A DNA stretch of 64,000 bases. Origin: Bugula neritina. Taxonomy: Eukaryota > Animalia > Bryozoa. Shown one piece after another: positions 13,501 to 25,500 of the stretch. Under the pieces are notes generated by a model that ran no database searches, had not been told where the DNA came from, and saw nothing but the letters and a program-made list of their open reading frames with translations. The translations under genes were made by a program, and so were the position numbers. The stretch covers positions 10,798,581 to 10,862,580 of the forward strand of contig OZ037767.1 in the NCBI GenBank assembly GCA_964035545.1, given 5' to 3'. Numbering within the stretch: the stretch's first letter is position 1; the number at the start of each line of letters is the position of its first letter.

Positions 13501-16500
13501 GAACAACGTAGTGTATCATTATCGGAATGGATAAATTTGTCGTTATGGTTTGCATGAGATTATGCTCATGGTTTCATTCGATGCTTCCCAACAACTTCCC
13601 ACTGTTTCTCAACATTGAATGAAGAATTTATTCGCATAATGTGAAGCTTGGAAACACAGTGTGTGTGTGAAGTTTATTGCTCAGCTGGTAAATAACTAAA
13701 AGTAAAATAATAACAGAATACACCATAATCATCCTGCAAATAGATGTCTTTGCTATGCTGCCATTTCATTCATTGTTAAAATACTTAGCATTATGCACAC
13801 CATGTTACTAGTCACTAATAACTAATTGCTGGTTACTAATTCTTATTTGCTAGTTACTAGTATCATACTACGTAAGAATTTTCACTACAAGCTGAAAGTC
13901 TTTCAATTAAATAAATGGACTAAATTGCAGCAGAAGCTCCTGTCATAATATTATGTTGGTATTAAAACTGATATTGAAATAGTAGAGTGATTTTTTATTC
14001 AGTTTGTAAAGACAATTAGAAACTTTGAGGACAAGGGCCGAAGTTGTAAAAGCATATTCCTGTTTGGTCACGGCGATGGGGGTCAAGGTCCTACGGAGGA
14101 CATGCTGGAGAATCTGAAGAGACTGAAAGACGTCAATGGCTTACCAAGGTCAGTGCACATAGGTTCTGTACTCTGGTGTTAGGGGAGGTATGGGACTCAA
14201 GGTATTTGGTCTTATCTTTAATAAAGTTATACCACAGGCTTTATTCATCAACTGTAATTTTCTACGCATGGCATTAGTTGTATTTTAAAAGCGTTTGTGT
14301 GTCTCGAAATATTATGATTTCACAGTCTATAATCTCTAGAGGTAGGTGCAGTAATGGTGAAATTGAGAAAAGCCTGTGTTCTAGATTAAAAATGTAGCAA
14401 AAACAGTTATGTTCTCGCAAGAATTTTAACCTGCGCCCCAAATCGGAATTTAATAATAAAATTAAAGAACTTGGGCTATCTCAATTTCTCCGCTACTGCT
14501 CCTAATTAAATCTCCACTTACACTGAAGTTTATTCTCACAGAGTGAAGTTATCTACTCCTGGAGAATTTTTCTCCTCCATAGAAAAGACTGATTTGCAAA
14601 ACTTATGCACCTGGTCTGGAGAGTTGTATTTGGAGATGCACAATGGAACGTACACTACGCAGTCTAAGGTTGGTACACTACGCGGTCTCACAGTCTATGG
14701 TGGTGGGTACACAGTCTATGGTGGTGGGTACACAATCTATGATAGTGGGTACACATTCTATGATAGTGGGTAAACAGTCTATGGTGGTGGGTACACAGTC
14801 TATGGTGGTGGGTACACAATCTATGATGCGCGTAAAAGTTTGAACAGCAGTGTTTCTGGGAACAACGTTTTTTACTGTAGCAGAGAATCTGATAAGATTC
14901 TAAAAAATGTTTGAATTATTTTACGTCCAGTTTTATAACACCCATTATATCTAGTGTAAGTTACATGGCCTTGTATGTACGCTGTCTTTCATATTGAACA
15001 GATAAAGTGGTACAACAGGAGATGTGAGTCTCTGCTCCATACTTTAGAGTTCTTGGGTACCTTATGCTACGTCTCAAACCTCAGAGAATATCCTTTTAAG
15101 GAACTCGATGCTATATGGGAATCTGTGCTTCTAAACCAGGTTCGGTCTTTCCCGTTATATTCAGCTTATCCTGGAACATTTCTAAGAAATGATATTGAAT
15201 TACTATGTTGATTTGTGCAGCTTCCTAATTCAATATGTAGAAGCCATCTTGTGGTTTTTAGTTTGTTTATACATGGATAAAAATATAATATAATAGTATA
15301 ATAAATATAATTTATGAACTGCCATGTCCAGGTAGATTTTAGGTAGACCATTCTGGTTGCTGGAAGGACTCAATTATGTATTTTATTATCACTTAACGTG
15401 TGTAGTTCAGATTAATTGTTTACGTATCTAGTAAAGGTTCTTATTTTAACAGATTTGTGTTACCAAGCTGTACAACTGCAAGGGTTCTGTGACACATGGT
15501 AATGGTTACTCTTCTTATATAATATCTGTTTACTTTCAGTTTCATGACGTGCTGCCGGGCAGCTCTGTAGAGGTAGCAAACATTGATGCCAGGAATATTT
15601 ATGCTCAAGCCTTTGGCTCTGGTACAGCTTTACTTACTGATCTACTTCACACCCTCTCTGTAAGTTCTACACTGTGTATGATCTGCAGATCTGCACTTGG
15701 TCTGTATGCGTCAACTTCTATATATATAAGTTCAACACTGTGGATATAAATTCTACATTTTGTAAGCTCCAACTATCTATGGTAAAATTGCACTTTTCTT
15801 GCTATCGTACAAAATATTTAGTTTAAGGAATTTTTTTGGATATTTTTAGTTTGCAGTTAGGTAAACTGATATATGCACATTTTAAAGCAATTCTCAACTA
15901 GTGTATTTTGTAAAACCATGTTTCACGCCTAAAGCTATATCTTATAATGTCCAATTGTGAGGTGATAAACTCAAAATATAATTTGCAATTCTGTTGTTGG
16001 TCATGTTAATGGCATCTGCTTTTTGTTAGACTGGGAATTCAGCATATGAAGTTGGAAGTGCACCGACCCACCCGCCAACTGTGGTCAACTCTCTTGGATG
16101 GTCTAGAACTGAGGTTATTGCTGTTGAACACACTCCTTGTGTAGAACAGAAGGACTCGGAAGGCAACAGTTACTGTCTGGTTGCTGTGTGTGGTTACAGT
16201 GTGTCACTTTGTACTCCCTGTACAGAGTACCACCCAGTCACTGTACGTCAAACCAGCGCTGCCGATGGTGTAAGTACATTAGCGTAATATGTCAGTATCT
16301 GAGTAGAATTCCCACTGTTTGAGAATATTTTATTCTAGGGGTTTTGAGAAATGTTAAAGGTGAATGAGATTTTTCTTCTCTATCAGTAACAGTTTATTGA
16401 AAAGTATGACACGCCCCTAGTGTAAAATTAGTTGCTGGCCTTATGCTAGGCTTGGTAAAGTGACATTAGTTTTGGTAACCACCTGCAGCTATACAGGGTT

Positions 16501-19500
16501 TCTTTTTTTTTTCTAATCTGGTTAAGAACTTGTTTTCTCTAGTGGCAAAGGGGCGATTGTGACTGTATGCTCTTCCTATATGTAAGGGTTTAATAATGTT
16601 TTACTGGATTATTTATTGGTTTCAACAATTGTTTTAAAGGTCCAAACTCTGAACAACTAAACCTAATCTAAAGGTTTTACTGAGCTAGAATGTGAATACT
16701 GCTTAGTTGATATACTTTATATTATAGTACTAGCACCCTGGTCTATTTTGTGGATATCAACTCCTGATATATTGTACTGCAGTGCAATACAAGGCAGTGT
16801 AATATAATATAGTGGAACATAATGCTGCGTAGTGAAATCTCTCCGAGCTCATGGTCTCAGCTTGCAATCAGATTTCTTCAAGACCTCTAACTAAAATGAG
16901 CAGACAAATCTATTGTACAAATATTGTGGCCATTGAATAGTACCTAATAGACCCTTTTCATGTGCCCCAATTACTCTAATTTTTATTAGGAGTTGTGTCA
17001 CCTCATTAGCTCCATAACATTTTCATAGTTTAGCTATGTATGTTAAACCCAAATAACACAGTAAAATTTTTCTTTTAGGAAATAAATATTTGAGTAGTGA
17101 TCCAGTGTTATAATTTCAATAATGTTTATAAAATATTTTTTCAAGGTGAATTTTGAAAAAGAAAACAAACTTGAAAGTATTTTTCTGGTCATTTGTTGGT
17201 TATTGAGAAATGCTGCAGTGTAATGATTATTTAGCTGGGATGTGAATCTTATTAAGTCATGTTTTGTCTCTTTTAGTGGTGTCTTTCTTATAAAAGATCA
17301 GCACTATTTTTCTAAAGCTTGTAAGCCCATAGAGCTACTAGGCATTTGCAGATAGTCCTTTGACAAAATCTCACACAATAGTTTCAACATAGTTCCTTGA
17401 ACATGCTGATTTGATGCTAGGGCATTGTATCTTGCATTATGTACATGCTTAGCAAAATATGCTCTCACTATTGTTAGCATGACAATAATAACTTATATTG
17501 ATAAGGGTTGGACTTTTGTCTATAATGTAATTTGGCAATCAGATTTCTCAAAATAGTGACAATCGGTAAACCAAATAAAATTTAGGAAATTTGTACCATA
17601 CTGTAGCACTGCTCAATAAACACAACACTTTGAGAATAATTCCAAGTTTTTTTTTAACCAAAATTCAATAAAATGCATGTGAGCTTTATTGGCATTACTA
17701 ATTAATTATTCATCTCCAGGAGAAAAGTTTCACTTCATAATTTGAACTTTATACTAAAGATTGCTCTTGACAACTAGGTTGAAGGATATACAGCTGTGGG
17801 GGACATGAATCTTACATAAGAATGAAAATATAGGGGCATGTAAAAAGGATAGTTAAAATTAAACTAATATAGCTGGTGTATTTCCACTGGATATTAGAGT
17901 TGAAGTCTAGACCAAATAAGATAAGAAAAGATGAAAGTCCTTCTGGTGTAGTTTGAACCTGCGGTTAGATATGTGGTTCACCATCTTGTCTGCTCACTAA
18001 TTCTGGAAAGTTCTCCAACATGTTCTGTTTCAGAGTGGAGAAACTATCATTATGAGTAACAATAAAGTGTATGCTGAGATAGATAGAGCAGGCCGCCTAA
18101 CCGTCCTGAAATATGTCCTTGGCCCAATTTCTCAAACATACTCAAGGTTGGTAGATATAGCCATGCATATTTCACAATTTAGTTTGTAAAATAAACTTCA
18201 GACTGCCCCCTACTGGGATTCTCAGCTAATAGACGAATCAGAGGGTCTCATTATTTGCACTTGAAGCATGCCTTGTTTTAAGATTGAGCTGGTTTGCTGT
18301 TAGAACTGGCAAATTTGTAGCCGATTATAGTTTTATTGTTACTGAATTCATCAACAATTTCTTTTGGAAGTATACAATCATTCACTAAAGCACTTTATTA
18401 GGTTTAATGTTACTTTCTACTGCATATTGTATTAGGTTTCTAGGTAACTGGTGTTATAACATATTATATTAGTGTCAACCATAATCTACACAGTCACTGC
18501 CCTTACACTCTATAGCAATACTTTGGTGTTATGTTGCTAAGTAAAACATTTAACACTCAACTATGCCTGAGCACAGTAATCTACTTTTTATAACTAAAGC
18601 TGTCTTCAATTATGCTGTAATTAATAAGATTAGTGGATGGCTTGTGTTTATTGTTTTTGCGAAAAAGAAGCTAATGTTATTTGCAAGAGCACTGGCTTAA
18701 ATTTGTAACAATAATTAATCTGGTTGTCCCACTTTTTGCTTCACTTACTTTAAGGTGAAATTTAAATATTTTTGTAACATTAAGAAGAAACTGAAACGCA
18801 ATCCTTAAATATTATGTTCTTCTCATGTGCCTTTGGTATATAAGTAGAGGGGTGGAAACCATTGTGTAAATATAATGTAGCATTGGTGACGGGATAACTC
18901 CCAATAGCTACACTTCAAACTGCCATTTAATAACATGGTATTCACTGCATTTCTATTGCCTCACATTATGTGAATAGATGCTCATACGGTGCATTTGTTA
19001 TTGTGGTTTCATTCTATGCAACTGTTTCCAGGCAATTAGAAAAATAATATATTCTCAAATACATGAACTTTCTGCAAACTCTAGGAAAAAACCCATCACT
19101 TTTTCCTCAATTACTCCTAGCATCAGCCCAGCTGTTGACTGACTTATCTACAATGAGAAATTTGCTTCAGTTTATTGTGTGACCCAATTCGTACTCTGGG
19201 CTTGGAGGATATGGTGTGATGATGTGGGGGTGTTCAGTGTGTGAGAGTCATGTGACTGGGACTAGGCTTTTATCTAGACATTTAGTAATTGGAGTCACCA
19301 GAGTCAGTGTTTCACTTTATCTGGCTAATTGAGTACCTAAGCCAAGCTCTGCACACTCAACACTGCGTTATATTCCCCAGCTTGTTATTGAGCTGTGAAA
19401 AGTGCTGGTAGCTTAATGTTGCTTGTTTTATGGAGCCATTCACACCCTTTCTTGTTACATGCAACTGGCAGTGAATGCAAGCCTACATCTAACCTACATA

Positions 19501-22500
19501 TAATTCATTTTGTGATCATTTCTTTATAGCCTCTATTTAGTGATTAGCACTATACTTGTAATTGCACTATTTCTCAGTGGCTTGCAGCAGTATTCATAAC
19601 TAGTATACACATGTCCAAGTGATGCACTCACTTTCTAAACTTGTTTCTGCCCAAGTCCTGTTGGCCAGTCAACATTGACTACTGATAATCACTGTGATTC
19701 TTATTTGTATAACCCCCTCCCCTCTCATCCTTATCAATAAAAACAAAGGCTATTCCTTTTGTGCAAAAGTGCTAGTTTTAATTTAGCTCCTGATAGTTAA
19801 TTTTGGATATTGAAAAGGCAGCAGATTGATTCAAGTGGGGGCGATTCCCTAGGGAATGTGCATGTTTAGCAATCAGTATCCAACACCCATTTGTGACTTT
19901 TAAGTTGGCATGTTCAACTAATAGGGATAGAAATCTTAGATAAATAAGGAAACAGCTCCATGATTACACATTTGTGAACTTTCTAGAACTTTGACTTGAC
20001 TAGAAAACAATCATTTTATCTATTTAAATGTAGTAATACAGTTGCTATAGTATAACTACACAGAAATGACTGTGGAATTCATATTTATTGCTTATAAACT
20101 TAGTAACAATAATAGATTGAATTGAGCTACTAACATACAAAGGTTTTTTCTTATTCTTGATATCTGAATCATCACTTGGAAATAGCATTGACCTTGACAT
20201 AGCTGTTGAATAATTGAGAGTTTAGCTGTGTTTTTTAGTTTCTCCATTGACCTGTCCATTAAACATAGTCCCTGATGGATGACCATTTGCATGGCCATTC
20301 TGGTGAGATTTGCCATTCTTGCTGATACCATTTGATGCACTCTTCACTGGGTGTTTTGGCTTGCTTATATACGCATCATAGAAAAACTTGGCGAATAAGA
20401 GAAAATAGCTGAAGTACATGAGGAAAGAAAGTTTCATATTGTTATCCGATACCCCACACGGTGTGGCCTTCTGCTTCAGCTTGTAGACATAGACCGCTAT
20501 GTACACGCCCACCACCATCTGCGACAGCTGGAACAGAGTGATGCCCATTCGAACCCATTGAGGTGGTCTATACTTCAGAGCTCTAAGGGCGTAGTAAGTG
20601 TACATAACGGAATGCACAGCGTAGTTCATGGTGATGTACCACCTACCGCTGCTAGTTCGGTCAGCGTAGCTGTACCATGTGTACACCAGTACAGTGATGT
20701 GGTGATACCAGTGCAGAAGTATCAGAGGCTGTTTTCGCAGTACGATGAATACTGTGTCTCCGAGCTCCACGATTTTGGATATGCTAAACAAAGATACCCA
20801 CAGAGCGAGAACGGGTATGTGCGTCCATTCAATACTGCACACAGATTCGTGGAAACTTTGATAGAATACAGAGTAGTAGAGATTAGGGAGCATTCTAATT
20901 GTGCCTAGTACACTAAATACTGCTAGTAATCCACTCCAAGCAGCTAATGTATTGCTTAGATTATATCTTTCATGTGATGCCATGATCTTCCGTCCACCGA
21001 AAATGAGGATGACGTAGGCAATTGCTGCCCATATGCTAAGTGTCCAGTTTTCATCTAGAAAGTCTATGGCTGCCGCAAATCCAGGCCTGTTGCTCTCAAA
21101 CCAATATCCCGTTATGTTGAAGTTGATGGAGTGATCCATTTTGAGCAATGCAGTACTAGAGATAGATATTGTAGTAGACTGCCAACTGCAACCGCTATGA
21201 ACTACTTTATCGCATCGTATGATGTTTGCAGTCAACTGCAACTAATATACCCGACATAGATAGCGTGCTCACTCATGCGTGTTTCACTTCTTTCCGCGCC
21301 GGCGATGAATCAAATATCACATGGTGGATTTGAGAAGGAAAATTACTCATTTATTGTCGAACTCCTACACGTAAATAAATAAATGGCTTTAATCCGTGGA
21401 ATGTTGAGTGAAACCTCCCTATGCCGGTTAGCTTATGTAAACTAGCGTGGCTAGTTTGCATTCTATTAAGTGGAATAACTAGCCATCCTCCCCACCATGT
21501 TAGTTAGGGGGTGGGGTGGGCTGTGTGCATACCATAAAACTATTGTAATGATAGTTGGAAATGGGCTCTGCTATTAAACTCACCATTTGCACTATCAACT
21601 TCTACCATATACTACAGTTCTTTCGTTGATACACATATCAAGGTAGCAACCTTTCCTGTTTTTCGTCTTTCCCTTACCCCAATACCAAACTGTACTCTTG
21701 CTACTTTTATAAACTGACAATATATGTGTCCATTTACCATTACAGTTCAGGCTTATTAGGTTGGTCTCATAGCATAATGGATTAGCTAGGCTAGGGTTAA
21801 AATCCTACTATTAACTTGTTCACAGAGTGTAGCTGAAAATAATGTCCATATTAATGGTCTATATATTTATTCTACATTCATAGACTATTGCATAATGATA
21901 GAGCATCTGTTAGAGATGATACAAGTAATATCTGATGGTTATTAATATATGAAAAACTGTAAATTGATTGTGTTTGTGTATGCAGTGTAGACCTTCATGA
22001 ACAGGTTAAAGGACATATATTACTCTGTTCATAAAATCTACATAATATTTCCAGATAATCATTATGCTTGGGAAGTTGTCCTTCCCTGGTTCCACTTCTA
22101 GCTGTTGAACAAGATTTTTAATTTATCATAATTAAACTTTGTTGATATAATTTGAATTTTATTTTCAATTCATGAACTTTCACATTCTACAGTGTATAAT
22201 TTCGAAATTAGCTGTTAAAATCCTTTGATTTAGAAAACCATTCACATTTTAAAGTTATGGCACAGCTTATACATCTGTGCATTGCCATTACCCATTTGCC
22301 TATAATGGAAAATAGTATTCTTAAAAACTTTCTGTTACCATCAGTAAGCCATGTTTTATTTAGTTAAATCTTCCTGCTAACACAGAAATATTGTGTATAA
22401 TTTGTTGTTGGTACCTTGGGAGTTAGCTGCTCATTACTAGCACTTTGTATGGACTACACTGTATGTATGCTGGTAATATGTCAATAACTTTTACCTTCGA

Positions 22501-25500
22501 TGGTTTATGCTTACAGAAACCTGTTGAGTGGTAATGCCAACCAATTCACTCTGTATGATGACATTCCTCTGTTTTGGGATGCCTGGGACGTTATGGATTA
22601 CCATCAGGTAAGAGTGTACTTATTTAGCTCTGCTATCTTTCCTACTATAATATGGAGTTATCCCTCCTCTGTTGCTATTGAGATCAGGTTGGAAAAATGC
22701 AGCCTGATTGTTAGCAGTGGCAAACCTTACAGATGTTAAAAATTAATTAATATTGTTTAGATAAAACATTCTAGCTGAAAAATATTTTCAACAAAATTAG
22801 TAATTGAAATACAATTTAAAATACAGTTCTTTTGTGAGTTTACAATAGCAAATTATATTAAGTTTGTTAAATGAAATTGCTTGTAGTTATTCTACGTTCA
22901 AAAAAGTTGATAATTTTGTCTGGGAGAAATAAATTTTTCCACCAAAAATAGTTTACTCAAAACTTTGTTTAAAATATAAAATACATTATTACTAGTTCAG
23001 AGGGGGTCAATAGAATGTCTTTTTACTGTGACAATTTCATCAAAGTTTGTTTAAAGACTGTAGATATTAAAGGCAAAAAGTAGAGTTGCTATATACATAA
23101 TATTCTTCCCACCAGTAGCATACATATGGTTTTGTGTGTAAGACAATTTTATTGCCAATAAATCTTACACAGTTTCAGTTTATTGAGTACAGCTCCAACT
23201 ACCACTAGTGTCTTAGTAACAGTGACTGCCACTAGTGTATTAGTAACTGTGACTACCACTAGTGTATTAGTAACTGTGACTACCACTAGTGTATTAGTAA
23301 CTATGACTACCACTAGTGTATTAGTCACAGTGACTTATAGGCAGTAAAATCAGAGGATTAAAAAGTTGCAGCTTCTTTTTTTTCAGGAAACCAGAAGATG
23401 TTTGACTGAAGTTCTAACAAGTGCAATTGTCAAAGAAGAAGGTCCACTAAGATGCTCTGTTGAAGTTACTCTTAAAATTAGTAATGGCAGCCATATTAAG
23501 CAGCTGATGATACTGGAAGCTGAATCATCTTACATCAAAGTGGAATGTAATGTAAGCAGAGTAATGAAATTCTCAAATTATGGTTACGATAAATTAATTT
23601 TTAAATTAATAAATTGTGATTTATTGTTAAAACTACATTTCACAAGTCAACTTTAGTAATTTACAAAAAGAAAAAAACTTGGGCTTGTCCGGGATTTGAA
23701 CCCGGGACCTCTCGCACCCAAAGCGAGAATCATACCCCTAGACCAACAAGCCACCGATATTTATGAGAGAACTAAAAATGAATATATTCTAGTCTTTTCA
23801 TCAAGCGCACCAGTACTCCGTTTACGACAATATTTTGCTAAACTTAGCAGTGTTCATTGTTGAAAATGGCTGTAACTCGCCAATTTCATAATCCAAGTTT
23901 TGAAATTTAACTCAACCAACAGTTTACAACAAATGAAGCCATATTCCAACCCTTGTGTACAAATACTTTTTCTTAAATACCTTAGTCCTTTTTTAATCAA
24001 GCCATCTATATTCTATGCCTTCATTTCAATGTATATTATGTACCATCACAGATACCATGATATCATACTGCTTGTATAATGTATTGAACTTTATCAATGC
24101 CTAATAATATACATTTTATATTGAACAGTTATGTATTATTGGAAAAGTCAAACCTCTATAAGTCAATGTTGATATAATGGTTACTTTTAGGTTGAGTGGA
24201 ATGAAAACAGAAAGTTCCTGAAGGTAGAGTTTCCCCTCGACATTGTGTCGGATCATGTGACTTATGAGTCACAGTTTGGCCATATTCGGCGTCCAACGCA
24301 CAGAAACACATCATGGGACTCTGCAAAATATGAGGTTTTTCTTTAATATTTAATAGAAAAGCATTACTACGAGACTTATTACTATTGGTTATTACATGAC
24401 TGTCACAACAAGGGTAACTAATAAATGCTATTTCAATTTGCAGTAACTATGACTAATACAGTAGTCATAGTAACTATGACTGGTACACTAGTTTTAGTCA
24501 TAGTTACTAATACACTACTGGTAGTCATAGTTACTAATACACTAGTTTTAGTCATAGTTACTAATACACTAGTGGTAGTCATAGTTACTAATACACTAGT
24601 GGTAGTCATAGTTACTAATACACTAGTGGTAGTCATAGTTACTAATACACTAGTGGTAGTCATAGTTACTAATACACTAGTGGTAGTCATAGTTACTAAT
24701 ACACTAGTGGTAGTCATAGTTACTAATACACTAGTGGTAGTCATAGTTACTAATACACTAGTGGTAGTTGGAGCTAGTAGCTTCAGTTATTAGAATAGCC
24801 ACTGTAACAACCACTCCCTATTGATCATCATTGTTCAGGTCTGCTGTCAGAAATGGATGGACCTATCTGATTACTCTTCGGGAGTAGCCATTTTGAATGA
24901 CTGTAAATATGGCTGCTCCGTCACCGAATACTCCACTCTCAGTTTGTCCTTACTTCGAGCTCCAAAGAGTCCCGACCCTACAGCAGACATGGGTTCTCAT
25001 CAATTTACCTACGCTATACTACCACATGGAGGTTAGTTTACCTGCGCTATACTACCACATGGAGGTTAGTTTACCTGCACTGTACTACCACATAGAGGTT
25101 AGTTTACCTTCGCTATACTACCACATGAAGGTTAGTTCAACTGTACTATGCTACCACATAGAGGTTAGTTTACCTGCGCTGTACTACCACATGGAGGTTA
25201 GTTTACCTGCGCTGTACTACCACATAGAGGTTAGTTTACCTGTGCTGTATTACCATATAGTGATTTGTTAACATGATATATATTAATAACAGCTATATAT
25301 CATGTAGAATTAAGCTAGATTTTGCAGCAACTTGTTTTTACATTCTGTTACTTTATTGTATTGTCTGTGTGTTTAGGTTCAATTCAAGACTCTGGTATTA
25401 TACAGTCAGCAGCGGCTCTCAATACACCTCTTATAGTCACGGATGGAGTCCCCAAAGTTGCTGCATCTAGTCTCTTCACCATGGATCAACCTTCAGTAGT

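Noticed and set aside
20558-20908. Antisense or shifted-frame ORFs over real genes (also 8879, 10849, 11319, 30633, 30722, 56097, 57977, 58253)
   Set aside because: They are shadows of the ELOVL6, MAN2C1, RTE and NK2.2 coding sequences.
23191-24775. Foldback transposon carrying captured exons and a tRNA
   Set aside because: The enclosed exons are collinear, required parts of MAN2C1, and no TSD flanks the pair.
24425-24793. Repetitive ORFs (VVVIVTNTL)n and (TMTTTSVLV)n, plus similar ORFs at 12437, 12477, 14643, 24897, 36917, 37272 and 49252
   Set aside because: They are translations of intronic minisatellites; the host genes splice cleanly around them.
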